64,000 nt of DNA from Alphaproteobacteria bacterium (GCA_965261975.1 CBDHEC010000057.1:1-64000), one strand, 5' to 3'; numbered from the stretch's first letter, positions 1 to 10,333 are shown. The notes: generated by a model not told the origin, from the letters alone. Numbers and translations are program-made.

Positions 1-889
1 GTGCTCGTACAAGCGCGCTCGCATCATCGCCATCGCCTGCGCCCGGTTGCGATGCTGCGAGCGATCATTCTGACATTGAACCACAATGCCCGTGGGCAAA
101 TGGGTCAACCGAACCGCGCTGTCGGTCTTGTTGACATGCTGGCCGCCCGCACCCGATGCACGATAGGTATCGACACGCAGATCCTTGTCCTCGATCTCGA
201 TCTCGATCGTATCGTCGATCACCGGATAGACCCAAGCCGAGGCGAAGCTCGTATGCCGCCGCGACTGGCTGTCGAAGGGTGAGATGCGGACAAGACGGTG
301 AACACCCGATTCCGTCTTCAACCACCCATATGCATTAGGGCCGACGATCCGGAACGTCGCGGATTTGAGGCCCGCCTCTTCTCCCGCGCTTTCCTCGATC
401 CATTCGACCTTGTAGTCATGCGCCTCGGCCCAGCGCAGATACATGCGCGCCAGCATTTCGGCCCAGTCCTGAGATTCGGTACCGCCGGCGCCGGCGTTGA
501 TTTCCATGTAGCAATCATTGCCGTCGGCCTCGCCGGAAAGGAGGCTCTCCAGCTCGAGTTTCTCGGCGCGCCGCTGCAACGCCTCGATGACCGCCTCACC
601 CTCTGCGACGACATCCATGTCGTCTTCCGCCTCGCCGAGTTCAATGAGCGTCGCCGCGTCGTCGAGCTGCTGTTCGAGCCCACGCACTTCCTCGATGGAC
701 TTCTCCAGACGGGTGCGGTCACGCAGTATTTTCTGCGCCCGCTCCTGATCGTCCCAAAGCCCGGGATCTTCAGCTTCGGCGTTCAGTGATTCAAGGCGCG
801 AGAGTGCATTGTCCCAGTCAAAGATGCCTCCGCATAAGGTTCAAAGACGAGTTAATCCCCTCGACCAGATGACTGATTTCTGCGCGCAT
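1..889 (-). CDS. prfB: Peptide chain release factor 2 (3'-partial; programmed +1 frameshift after codon 23)
   Basis: ATG 889 reads [23 protein letters not shown], then CTT TGA C. The +1 frame continues DWDNALSRL... and contains [21 protein letters not shown] (GGQ motif). Runs off the window start; missed by the ORF track. Confidence 0.97.
817..831 (-). promoter_or_regulatory. RF2 frameshift site: internal SD GGAGG, CAT, CTT TGA C
   Basis: Minus strand GGAGG (831-827) CAT CTT (823-821) TGA (820-818) C matches the canonical prfB recoding cassette. Confidence 0.95.
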
Positions 890-937
890 TTCGAATTCCA
901 CTGAGACGGTTGCCGGAGCCGGCGATTCGTTTCGCGA

Positions 938-965
938 AGCCTAGCGTTCGCGTAACACGGGTCAA
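938..965 (-). promoter_or_regulatory. Putative sigma70 promoter of prfB
   Basis: TTGACC-16 nt-TAGGCT in the mrcA-prfB gap. Confidence 0.5.
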
Positions 966-973
966 TAGCCCAA

Positions 974-3388
974 TCAGTAAATACCGCGCCGCGAGCCACC
1001 TGTGCTCACGCCCCGCCCGAGGTCCTCGCCGACGATCGAGCCGAACTCACGCGGCGCCGTGCCGGGCTTGAAGGCTTCAAGAATGGTTGCCCGTTCGCCC
1101 GGCATCGCCACGAGCCCGGTTTCGGGGTTTACACGCACGAGGCGGATGTCGGGCGGTACACGGAAGGGAATGACGGGCTTCCCGTCGAGCGCTCGCGCCA
1201 TGAAATCCTTGAAGATCGGCGCGGGCACGGACGAACCGGTCTCACGACGCCCCAGCGTGCGCGGCGTGTCGAATCCCACGAACACACCCACAGCCAGATC
1301 CGGCGAGAACCCGATGAACCATGTATCCAGCGAATCGTTCGACGTGCCGGTCTTACCCGCAAGCGGCAACTTCAACTGGCCGATACGCCGGCCCGTCCCA
1401 CGGTCCACAACCCCCTGAAGCATCGATACCATCTGGTACGCCGTGCCCGGTTTTATCAAACGCTCTCTGGGGTCGGGCAGACTCGGCGGCGGCTGGTCGG
1501 CCCACGCCGCCACAGTACATCCCTCGCAAGCGCGCACGTCATGACGGAACGTTGTGATGCCGTTCCGGTCCTGTATCCGGTCGATCAGGGTTGGGGTGAT
1601 TTGTTTGCCGCCGTTCACGACCGTTGCATAGGCCGCCACCAGACGCATCAGCGTCGTTTCCCCGGCCCCGATCGACATACTGAGCTGTCGCGGCAGGTGA
1701 TCGACAACCTTCAGCCGCTCGGCATAGGTCGCCACCTGCTCCATGCCGATCGTCTGCGCCAATCGCACGGTCATGAGATTGCGGGACTTCTCGATGCCCA
1801 GGCGCATCGGGCTTGGCCCGTAAAACTTGTTCGTATAGTTGGCAGGCTTCCACTTGCCCTGGCCGGCGCCCTGATCGATCACAAAGGGCGCATCGAGAAT
1901 ACGGGTCGAGGGGGTAAAGCCATTGTCGAGCGCGGCCATATAGACCACCGGCTTGAACGCCGAGCCCGGCTGGCGCCACGCCTGTGTCGCGCGGTTGAAC
2001 TCGCTCGCTCGAAAATCGAGACCGCCGGTCAATGCGAGGACACGGCCGGTATGCGGATCAAGCGCCACGATGGCGCCGTTAATTTCGGGAATCTGTTCCA
2101 GCCGATAGGTGCCTGCAGGGTATGGTTGGTCCTCGGAATCCACCATGACAGCGGACACCAACACCACATCACCCGCCGCCAGCACCTGATCGGCGGCCTT
2201 GATCGATGCGCCGCGCTTCTGATCCGGCAACCATGCCCGCGCCCAGCGTAACTCCGAGAGCGGTAACGTTCCGCGCGTGCCATCAACAAACCCGATCGAA
2301 GCCTTTGCGGCATCGATCGCAACGACGGCAGCGAGTTGCCAGTCACCCGACCCCGGCGGCTGTTTGATTCCCGGCAATTCAGTTTGCCAGGCAGCCGGAT
2401 CCTTCAGCTGGGCAACAGGACCACGCCAACCATGACGGCGGTCATAGGCGACCAAACCGTCACGCAATGACAGTTGGGCGATACGCTGCAGGTGCGGATC
2501 GAGTGTGGTACGCACCGAAAGACCACCCTCGTACAGCGCGCCGTCTCCGAACCTGTCGACCAATTCACGCCGGACTTCTTCAGCAAAATACGGCGCCTCG
2601 ACGAAGGCACCTTCATCTTCCCTGATGACCTCTATCGGGCGCTGCCGGAGTTCTTCCGCCTCCAACGGCGAAATCGCACCATCCTCGGCCATGCGACCCA
2701 GCACATAGTTGCGCCGCGCCACCGCCGCCGCATTCTTGCGTATCGGGTTGTAGTTGTTCGGCGCCTTCGGAAGCGCGGCCAGGAAGGCCGCCTCGTCTAC
2801 TGTCAACTGATCGAGGGGCTTTCCGAAATAATTCAGCGCGGCCGAAGCGACCCCATAGGCCCCGAAGCCCAGATAAATCTCGTTCAGATACAGTTCGAGG
2901 ATTTCTTCCTTCGAGAAGGCGCGCTCCATTCGAAAGGAGAGGATCGCCTCGCGGATCTTACGGTCGAGCGAGACTTCCTTCGTGAGCAGGAAATTTTGCG
3001 CCACCTGCTGGGTGATCGTCGAAGCCCCCTCGGGACGACGACCGGAGCCCAGATTGCGGACATTCGATACGACGGCGCGCATCACGCCGGTCACGTCAAC
3101 ACCAGGATGCTTGTAGAAATTCTTGTCTTCGGCGGAGAGGAACGCCTCCTTGACCAACATCGGCATCGACGACACCGGTACGAAAACACGCCGCTGCACG
3201 GCGTATTCGGCCAACAGGCTCCCATCGCCGGCATGCACACGCGTGGTCACCGGCGGCTGGTAATCGGCCAACTGGGTATAGTCCGGCAAATCCCGACCGT
3301 ACTCCCAGAACACCCACAGCACACCGCCAACCACCAGCAGCGCACCGACAACGGCCAATCCCACGAGATATCCAAACCAACGAAGCAT
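974..3388 (-). CDS. mrcA: Penicillin-binding protein 1A (class A PBP)
   Basis: N-terminal TM; transglycosylase motifs EDKNFY and GASTITQQ; transpeptidase motifs SAFK, SRN, KTG. Confidence 0.95.
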   Translation of the reverse strand: MLRWFGYLVGLAVVGALLVVGGVLWVFWEYGRDLPDYTQLADYQPPVTTRVHAGDGSLLAEYAVQRRVFVPVSSMPMLVKEAFLSAEDKNFYKHPGVDVTGVMRAVVSNVRNLGSGRRPEGASTITQQVAQNFLLTKEVSLDRKIREAILSFRMERAFSKEEILELYLNEIYLGFGAYGVASAALNYFGKPLDQLTVDEAAFLAALPKAPNNYNPIRKNAAAVARRNYVLGRMAEDGAISPLEAEELRQRPIEVIREDEGAFVEAPYFAEEVRRELVDRFGDGALYEGGLSVRTTLDPHLQRIAQLSLRDGLVAYDRRHGWRGPVAQLKDPAAWQTELPGIKQPPGSGDWQLAAVVAIDAAKASIGFVDGTRGTLPLSELRWARAWLPDQKRGASIKAADQVLAAGDVVLVSAVMVDSEDQPYPAGTYRLEQIPEINGAIVALDPHTGRVLALTGGLDFRASEFNRATQAWRQPGSAFKPVVYMAALDNGFTPSTRILDAPFVIDQGAGQGKWKPANYTNKFYGPSPMRLGIEKSRNLMTVRLAQTIGMEQVATYAERLKVVDHLPRQLSMSIGAGETTLMRLVAAYATVVNGGKQITPTLIDRIQDRNGITTFRHDVRACEGCTVAAWADQPPPSLPDPRERLIKPGTAYQMVSMLQGVVDRGTGRRIGQLKLPLAGKTGTSNDSLDTWFIGFSPDLAVGVFVGFDTPRTLGRRETGSSVPAPIFKDFMARALDGKPVIPFRVPPDIRLVRVNPETGLVAMPGERATILEAFKPGTAPREFGSIVGEDLGRGVSTGGSRRGIY

Positions 3389-3489
3389 TCAACATTCCAT
3401 ATTCATTCGCGCCCGAGCATAGACGAGCACGGCCGCTGGATAAGCATCAAAATGTGGGGCGATTATGGCGGTGTCAGGTTGCGAACGGC

Positions 3490-4725
3490 CTAAAGCGCCG
3501 CGCTTTGCGTGGTTTTGAAGTAGACATCCACCGCCTCGACGATGGCGGCGGATAGTTCCAGTCGGTGCTTTCGGGTGACGAGCAGGCGCTCCTCGCGCGG
3601 ATTGGAGATGTACCCCAGCTCGACGAGGACCGAGGGGACATCGGGCGCCTTCAACACCGCAAAGCCCGCTGAACGCCAGGGCCGGGTCAGCAGAGAGGCG
3701 CTGGCCTTGACCTGCCCGACCAGAATATCGCGAGCGAACTTCACCGAGAGCTCGTTCGTCTTGGCCTGCGCAAAGTCGATCAGGATGTTCTGCACATCGT
3801 CGCTGTAGTCGCCCAGATTTACGCCACCAATCACATCCGACTTGTTCTCGAGCGCCGCCAGGGCTGCCGCCTCCTTGTCCGAGGCGCGATCGGAGAGCGT
3901 GTAAACCGAAAAACCGCGGGTCGAGCGCTTGGGATGGGTGTTCGCATGCATCGACAAGAACAGGTCCGCGCCGGCCGCGCGTGAAATCCGGACCCTTTCG
4001 CGCAGGGGCAGGAAAATATCCCTGTTGCGGGTCATCACGACGTCGTACTTGCCGCTCGCCTTGAGCAGACGCGCAACCTCACGCGCATAGTCCAAGGCGA
4101 CCTTTTTCTCATACACACCCGAGACACCGATCGCCCCTGGATCGACGCCGCCATGACCTGCATCGACGACCACAACCGGCCTGGCGTTCTGCCGCGGCGT
4201 CACCGGAAGAGGCACCGTAGGTGGCGGTGCCGGCGTGTCGGCCGCGCTTGGCCGCATCGATGCGATGAAATCTGCCCGCGTCGTGGGCGCGATATCGATC
4301 ACCAGGCGCCAGGGTTTGTCACCGTCGGGCTTGAGGACGAATTGTTTCGTGACCTTTGAGGGAGAGGCGAGATCCAAAACAAAGCGACTTGTTCCCGGAC
4401 GGAAAAGGCCGTAGCGAAGTTTCGATATCAACCCCGCACCATCGCCGATTCGCTCCTCGGGCAGGTCGAAATCAACCTCCGGAAGGTCGATCACCACCCG
4501 AAACGGGTCCGGGAGACCGAATATCCGCGGTTCGACGCTGTCATTGAGCTCAACGACAAAGCGGGTCGAGCCCGCGTGGACGCCAATGCGAATGTCCTGA
4601 ACCTTGAGATCCTGAGCCCCCGCCAACTGAGGGGCCGCGACCATCGTAAACGTGACCGCCAGGCCACCGATGAGGGCCCGAAGAAGCTGCGCACAACTTG
4701 ATAAGCGTTTCAGAATCAATGACAT
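3490..4725 (-). CDS. amiC: N-acetylmuramoyl-L-alanine amidase (AMIN + amidase_3)
   Basis: DAGHGG, SMHAN and VLVELGY motifs; signal-like N-terminus; usual rne-amiC-mrcA synteny. Start uncertain. Confidence 0.9.
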   Translation of the reverse strand: MSLILKRLSSCAQLLRALIGGLAVTFTMVAAPQLAGAQDLKVQDIRIGVHAGSTRFVVELNDSVEPRIFGLPDPFRVVIDLPEVDFDLPEERIGDGAGLISKLRYGLFRPGTSRFVLDLASPSKVTKQFVLKPDGDKPWRLVIDIAPTTRADFIASMRPSAADTPAPPPTVPLPVTPRQNARPVVVVDAGHGGVDPGAIGVSGVYEKKVALDYAREVARLLKASGKYDVVMTRNRDIFLPLRERVRISRAAGADLFLSMHANTHPKRSTRGFSVYTLSDRASDKEAAALAALENKSDVIGGVNLGDYSDDVQNILIDFAQAKTNELSVKFARDILVGQVKASASLLTRPWRSAGFAVLKAPDVPSVLVELGYISNPREERLLVTRKHRLELSAAIVEAVDVYFKTTQSAAL

Positions 4726-4798
4726 CGCCGACAGGTATATCGCCACCGGCGAATGCGCCGCAACACACAACCGCGAGACATGACATCAATCAAATGCA

Positions 4799-4827
4799 TT
4801 GTGGATCGGACTCGCGGGGGCTATTGT
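4799..4827 (+). promoter_or_regulatory. Putative promoter of rne
   Basis: TTGTGG-17 nt-TATTGT (preceded by GC); predicted TSS about 4834. Confidence 0.45.
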
Positions 4828-4833
4828 GAACGC

Positions 4834-5099
4834 GCGGACACCCGCAACTCGCCAGACGCGCGCCGCGTTTCAAGGTCTGGGCAAGGCAAAAGCGCCAGTC
4901 TTTTGCCCGATTACCCGAATAGACCGAACAACGTGCGCACCAGAGTTGCGGATTTGTGCAACTTCGAGGCCGCCGCCCGGCAATTGCCGAGCGGGCCTTC
5001 GGATCAAAACCTACCGTCCTGGTGCGATTCCGCCCGTTCGACGGCCCAGGTTCCGAGGCAGGCCTCTGAAAATGTGGAACCCCTCTCGCTTTTGTCCGC
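4834..5099 (+). ncRNA. Structured 5' leader of rne (candidate cis-regulatory RNA)
   Basis: Nested exact complements: 4834-40/5093-99, 4842-50/4943-51, 4852-57/4875-80, 4885-92/4900-07, 5018-22/5046-50, plus a hairpin at 4966-4999. Confidence 0.55.
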
Positions 5100-5135
5100 A
5101 AAGCGCTGAGTTCAGGCTTCCGCAGGGACATAGCC

Positions 5136-7601
5136 ATGCCAAAGCGCATGTTGATTGACGCGACCCATCCGGAAGAAACCCGGGTTGTCGTCGCAGACGG
5201 TAACGATCTCCTCGAATACGATTACGAAACCTCCACCAAACGCCAGATCAAGAGCAATATCTATCTGGCCAAGGTGACCCGCGTTGAGCCGTCGCTCCAG
5301 GCGGCCTTCGTTGATTTCGGAGGCGATCGACACGGGTTTCTCGCCTTCAACGAAATTCATCCGGACTACTACCGCATCCCGATCGAGGATCGCGAGAAGC
5401 TGCTTGCTGAATCCGACGCCGAAAACGAAGAAGAAGAAGAAGCGGGCGAAAACGGCGAGAGCGAGGGTGAATCGGTCGAGGTTCTGGGAGACTCCCAGGA
5501 CGAGGACATCCAGGAATTGAGCGACGCCCATCGTCGGCGCCTGCGCAAGCTGACCCGCAGCTACAAGATCCAGGAAGTCATCAAGCGTCGCCAGATCCTG
5601 CTGGTGCAGGTGGTCAAGGAAGAGCGCGGCAACAAAGGCGCGGCGCTCACCACTTACCTCTCCCTGCCCGGTCGATATTGCGTGCTGATGCCGAATACAT
5701 CACGCGGCGGCGGGATCAGTCGAAAAGTCACGGACGCCAAGCATCGCAAGTCGATGAAGGCGATCCTGTCCGACCTGGAAGTCCCGGAAGGCATGGCCGT
5801 GATCATGCGCACCGCCGGCGTGGCGCGCACGAAGGCCGAAATCAAGCGCGACTATGAATATCTAAGACGCCTGTGGGACGACATTCGCGAACTTACCCTC
5901 GATTCGACGGCCCCGGCCCTGATCTATGAGGAAGGCGACGTGATCAAGCGGTCGCTCCGCGATTTATATGATCGGGACATCGAAGAAGTCCTCGTCGAGG
6001 GCGATGATGCCTACAAGGCGGCCAAGGCGCTGATGCGGACGATGATTCCGTCCCACGCCAAACGCGTTCAGAAATACGAAGACACAGAGATACCGCTTCT
6101 GAACCGCTATCAGATCGATCAACAGCTCGACGCCATTCACGAGCCAATCGTGCAGCTCAAATCCGGCGGCTACATCGTCATCAACCCGACCGAAGCGCTG
6201 GTGGCAATCGATGTGAACTCCGGACGTTCGACGCGCGAACGCAACGTCGAACAGACGGCCTACCGGACGAACCTTGAGGCGGCGGACGAAGTCGCCCGCC
6301 AGCTCCGCCTGCGCGATCTGGCGGGCCTCATCGTGATCGATTTCATCGATATGGATGTGTCGCGAAACAATCATGCTGTTGAACGGCGCATGAAGGAGGC
6401 CATGAAGTCGGACCGGGCACGCATCCAGATCGGCCGGATTTCAGCCTTCGGACTCCTGGAACTGTCGCGCCAGCGACTGCGCCCGAGCCTGCATGAAGCC
6501 CACACCCAGGCATGCCCGGTATGTCAGGGTACAGGCCTGATGCGATCGACGGAATCGACCAGCATGTCGATCCTGCGTGAGCTCGAAGAAGAAGGGCAGC
6601 GCAAACGCGCCAAAGTAGTGACGGTCACGACTCAGACCGATATCGCCCTCTACCTTCTCAACCAGAAGCGGACCTCGTTGCAGGACCTAGAGCAACGCTA
6701 CGGGTTCAGTGTGCAGGTCATGGCTGACGCCAGCCTCAACGCAGCCGACTATGAGATCGTTCATATCGGCCATGACGGTGTCGAAGGTATCTCGAGCAAG
6801 GAAGAAGCTCAGCGCGAGGAAAATGCTCCCAAGCGCCGCCGCAGCCGCGGTCGCCGCCGCTCCTCCTCCGAAGACAATTCAGACAAGAGCGAGGACGAGG
6901 CAAAAACGGAGGCCTCGGACACGGACCAGCGCGAGCAGTCCGATGATGAGGATGACGAAAACCGCAAGCGCGGCGGGCGACGCCGTGGACGGCGCGGTGG
7001 CCGGCGACGGCGCAAGGCGGATGGTGAGGGCGAGAACGAGCAGGAAGCAACGGCAGACGCCGAGGCGTCACCGTCGTCCGACGACGAAAGTGAAACAAGT
7101 GCCGAGCAGAGTGACGAAGACGGGGAAGAGACCACACGGCGCCGTCGCCGTCGCCCCCGGCGGCGCGGACGCCGGGGCAGAGGCGCGTCCGAAGAGACAT
7201 CGGCGAACGAAAACGAAACCGAAGATGGCTCGACAGATTCCTCTGCGGAATCCGCAAATGACGAAGACGCCATGGCGGCCGCAGACGCGGATAGCGAGGA
7301 TCCGGCACTCGACACCGAGATCGACATCCCGGAGCCTTCCGCCGATCAGGACGATGGCGAGGCGCCGTCGGATTCCGATGAAAGCCCGGCGGATGACAGT
7401 TCGGAAGACGAGCCCGAGGTTGCTGCGGCCGATGCCGATGACGGCGACACAGACGCGGACGAGGCCGAAGAAGCGCAAGATGAGTCGACCGACGAACCTG
7501 ACGCAGAAGCCACCGGCGACACCGCCGAGGAGCCCGAAGAGGCACCCGAGGACGACGATCGTCCGCGACGTTCCGGATGGTGGAGCCGGGCGAGCTCGTA
7601 A
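5136..7601 (+). CDS. rne: Ribonuclease E
   Basis: MPKRMLIDATHPEETRV start, S1 domain, IDVNSG, DFIDM, CPVC Zn-link, long charged disordered tail ending in GWW. Confidence 0.97.
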   Translation: MPKRMLIDATHPEETRVVVADGNDLLEYDYETSTKRQIKSNIYLAKVTRVEPSLQAAFVDFGGDRHGFLAFNEIHPDYYRIPIEDREKLLAESDAENEEEEEAGENGESEGESVEVLGDSQDEDIQELSDAHRRRLRKLTRSYKIQEVIKRRQILLVQVVKEERGNKGAALTTYLSLPGRYCVLMPNTSRGGGISRKVTDAKHRKSMKAILSDLEVPEGMAVIMRTAGVARTKAEIKRDYEYLRRLWDDIRELTLDSTAPALIYEEGDVIKRSLRDLYDRDIEEVLVEGDDAYKAAKALMRTMIPSHAKRVQKYEDTEIPLLNRYQIDQQLDAIHEPIVQLKSGGYIVINPTEALVAIDVNSGRSTRERNVEQTAYRTNLEAADEVARQLRLRDLAGLIVIDFIDMDVSRNNHAVERRMKEAMKSDRARIQIGRISAFGLLELSRQRLRPSLHEAHTQACPVCQGTGLMRSTESTSMSILRELEEEGQRKRAKVVTVTTQTDIALYLLNQKRTSLQDLEQRYGFSVQVMADASLNAADYEIVHIGHDGVEGISSKEEAQREENAPKRRRSRGRRRSSSEDNSDKSEDEAKTEASDTDQREQSDDEDDENRKRGGRRRGRRGGRRRRKADGEGENEQEATADAEASPSSDDESETSAEQSDEDGEETTRRRRRRPRRRGRRGRGASEETSANENETEDGSTDSSAESANDEDAMAAADADSEDPALDTEIDIPEPSADQDDGEAPSDSDESPADDSSEDEPEVAAADADDGDTDADEAEEAQDESTDEPDAEATGDTAEEPEEAPEDDDRPRRSGWWSRASS

Positions 7602-7628
7602 AACAGGGCTGTCGGTTTACAGGACTGT

Positions 7629-8777
7629 CTAGGCTCGCCAGGCGCGCAGCCGCTCGATCGCATTGCGCATATCGTCTTCGGTCCCCGCGAACGAAAACCG
7701 GACAAAGGCATTGCCCCGGTAGGGATCAAAATCCAGTCCCGGCGTCGTCGCAACCCGCGCCTCCGTGAGCATGCGGCGACAGAAATCATTGCTGTCGTTG
7801 GTCAACTGCGAAACGTCGGCATACACGTAGAATGCACCGTCCGCCGGCGCGAGGCGGTCGAAGCCGACCCCCGGCAAGTCGTTGAGTAGTATTTCGCGGT
7901 TACGCCCATACTTGGCAACATTCTCCTGCAGCTCATCATGGCTGTCGAAGGCCGCCAGTGCCGCGTACTGGGACAATGTCGGCGGGGATATGAAGAGGTT
8001 TTGCGCCAGGCATTCAACCGACCGCAGCATCGATTCCGGCACCACGAGCCAGCCGAGGCGCCACCCGGTCATCGAGAAATACTTCGAGAAACTGTTGATG
8101 ACGATGGCCTCATCGTCATAGGCCAGCGCCGTCACGGAATCATGGCCATAGGTAATGCCGTGATAAATCTCGTCGGAAATGAACCGTATCGACTTTTGCC
8201 GGGCCAAATCGGTCAGGGCTCGCATCTCGCGATCACCAATCATCGTGCCGGTCGGATTGGACGGACTTGCGACGATCAATCCGTCAAGTTCACCCGCGAC
8301 ATCACCCATTGTTTTCGGCGTCGGCTGGAACCGGTCTTCGATGCTAGTTTCAACCACCACCGGCTCAACCCCAAGTGCAGACAGAATATTTCGATAGGCC
8401 GGGTATCCGGGTGCCGCAAGCGCGACCCGGTCATCGACGTCAAATGCCGCGAGAAACGCGAGCAGGAATCCACCCGACGAGCCCGTGGTCACCACGATCC
8501 GCTCCGGTGCCACATCGACGCCATACATATTCCGATAATGCGCGGCGATACGCTCACGCAATTCAGGGATACCCAGCGCATCGGTGTAGCCCAGTCTTTC
8601 GTCACGAACAGCCGCAATCGCCGCCTCGCGCACCTTGGCGGGCGCCGGCGTCCCCGGCTGGCCGACCTCGAGATGAACGATATCCTCGCCCACGGCCGCC
8701 AGCGCGTTGGCCTCGCGCATCACGTCCATCACGATGAACGGGTCAATTTGCCCGCGCGTCGAAACTTTCAGCGTCAT
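7629..8777 (-). CDS. Class I/II PLP-dependent aminotransferase
   Basis: SPSNPTG, SDEIYHG, NSFSKYFSMTGWRLG motifs; likely start ATG 8777. Confidence 0.92.
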   Translation of the reverse strand: MTLKVSTRGQIDPFIVMDVMREANALAAVGEDIVHLEVGQPGTPAPAKVREAAIAAVRDERLGYTDALGIPELRERIAAHYRNMYGVDVAPERIVVTTGSSGGFLLAFLAAFDVDDRVALAAPGYPAYRNILSALGVEPVVVETSIEDRFQPTPKTMGDVAGELDGLIVASPSNPTGTMIGDREMRALTDLARQKSIRFISDEIYHGITYGHDSVTALAYDDEAIVINSFSKYFSMTGWRLGWLVVPESMLRSVECLAQNLFISPPTLSQYAALAAFDSHDELQENVAKYGRNREILLNDLPGVGFDRLAPADGAFYVYADVSQLTNDSNDFCRRMLTEARVATTPGLDFDPYRGNAFVRFSFAGTEDDMRNAIERLRAWRA

Positions 8778-8785
8778 TCGACGGC

Positions 8786-10333
8786 CTATTCTTCGGAACT
8801 GACAGCCAAGCCGAAGGATCGCGGATCCTTGACGAACTGGCATGTCTGCCCACGCGGAAGCCCTTCCGGACAGAAGAACCCGTTTACCCGACCGATGCTT
8901 TGCGTCTGTTTGACATTATGCCCGAGCCCCTTCAGCGCAGTGCGTTCAGGTTCCGGCATCGTGGATTCGACCACCGTGACATCCGGGTTCCCGGTATTGA
9001 ATGCACGCGGGGAGGCAACGGCGCTGACCATGTTTTCGTCACCGGCGACGAGTGTATCCAGCGCAACGCGCGCCAATACGCCCGGGGTCTCACCCGACCC
9101 CGCCGCCGCGAAAAATATGAAGCCGTTCAGCTCGTTTGCCATCAACGCAACCGTCGGCACGGCGGCACGCGTCGAATCCGGCAGTTCTGCCAACAGAATG
9201 CCGGTCCCGGGTGCAATCACGCCCGACCCGAAGGGACCGTTCATCGTGAAGGAACAGGCGACCGTACGTCCCTGGTTGTCCACCGCAACGATGCTCGCAC
9301 CGCTCGACGCGGCGTCTGCGCGCACGGCAATGCTGGGCTGGCGGGCGGCATGCGATGTCTCCGACACGCTGCCTCCAAGCGCGGCGACCGCCGACGGTGA
9401 TGTCGGATCGGCTGCTCCCGCCGCGTCGGCTTGATAGGCCCGTGCAGTTAGTTCGGCGATGAGATGCGTGCGCGCGGTGATAGCCGCGTCGTCGTAGCGA
9501 TCATCATCTATTGCTGCAGCCCAGACCTGGGCTGCGATCGGCCCACCACCAACCGCACCAAAGGAGATGACGTTGTTACCCTGTTCAAACCGGATCGGCT
9601 CCTGGAACTCGGGGCGGTAGTTACGCAGATCTTCCAGCGTCATATGCCCACCAGCGGCACGAACGGATTCAACGAACGAACGACCGAGAGGTCCGCCATA
9701 AAGCGTTCCCGCTCCCTGGGTGCGCAGGTTCGACATGACCGCGCCAAGCTCCAACTGCTGCAGCAGCCTTCCCTCTGCTATGCCCCCGGTCGCGACACCG
9801 AATATGGCGCGTGCTTCCGGACCAAACGTGACGACCGGACGCGCGGCCTCGAAATCGCGTACAAAAGCCCGCGAGAGGGCATGGCCGGATCGCGCAAAAT
9901 CTTCCGCAGGACGCAAAATGTCAGACCATGCGAGCCTTCCATAGCGGGCATGGAGCAGGAACATGCCGCGCGCGTTACCTGGAGTCGAGAATCGCGCCTC
10001 CGGACTGGCAGGGCGTTTCGGCATAAACGATATGGTCTCGGTGCGAAGCTGCAGCGAATCATGAACCACGCAGACCCCGCCACCGCCTATGCTCGCCGCG
10101 CCGGGCAACGTCACCGACATCGCAAAGTAGGCTGCAACCGCCGCATCCGCCGCCGTACCACCGGCCGACAGCACTTCCCGGCCGATCAATGCGGCCCGCG
10201 GTTCGTCGGCGATCAGCCCGCCAAAGAAGCCGTCGACAAAGCCTGCATCCCCTCGCTCCGGACCACCGCCACCGCACGCCGCCAGCGCGAACAGGCTTCC
10301 GAAAAGCACCCGTCGGCCTGATTGACGCCACAT
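8786..10333 (-). CDS. Gamma-glutamyltransferase-like lipoprotein, probably non-catalytic
   Basis: GGTAADAAVA, SIGGGG, TPGNARG and FGSG GGT-type motifs; lipobox LAAC (Cys 10274-10276). Start at 10333 because the longer ORF overlaps the M48 gene. Confidence 0.8.
   Translation of the reverse strand: MWRQSGRRVLFGSLFALAACGGGGPERGDAGFVDGFFGGLIADEPRAALIGREVLSAGGTAADAAVAAYFAMSVTLPGAASIGGGGVCVVHDSLQLRTETISFMPKRPASPEARFSTPGNARGMFLLHARYGRLAWSDILRPAEDFARSGHALSRAFVRDFEAARPVVTFGPEARAIFGVATGGIAEGRLLQQLELGAVMSNLRTQGAGTLYGGPLGRSFVESVRAAGGHMTLEDLRNYRPEFQEPIRFEQGNNVISFGAVGGGPIAAQVWAAAIDDDRYDDAAITARTHLIAELTARAYQADAAGAADPTSPSAVAALGGSVSETSHAARQPSIAVRADAASSGASIVAVDNQGRTVACSFTMNGPFGSGVIAPGTGILLAELPDSTRAAVPTVALMANELNGFIFFAAAGSGETPGVLARVALDTLVAGDENMVSAVASPRAFNTGNPDVTVVESTMPEPERTALKGLGHNVKQTQSIGRVNGFFCPEGLPRGQTCQFVKDPRSFGLAVSSEE

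Noticed and set aside
6709-7632. Several overlapping ORFs over the rne 3' region
   Set aside because: Products of the low-complexity RNase E tail.
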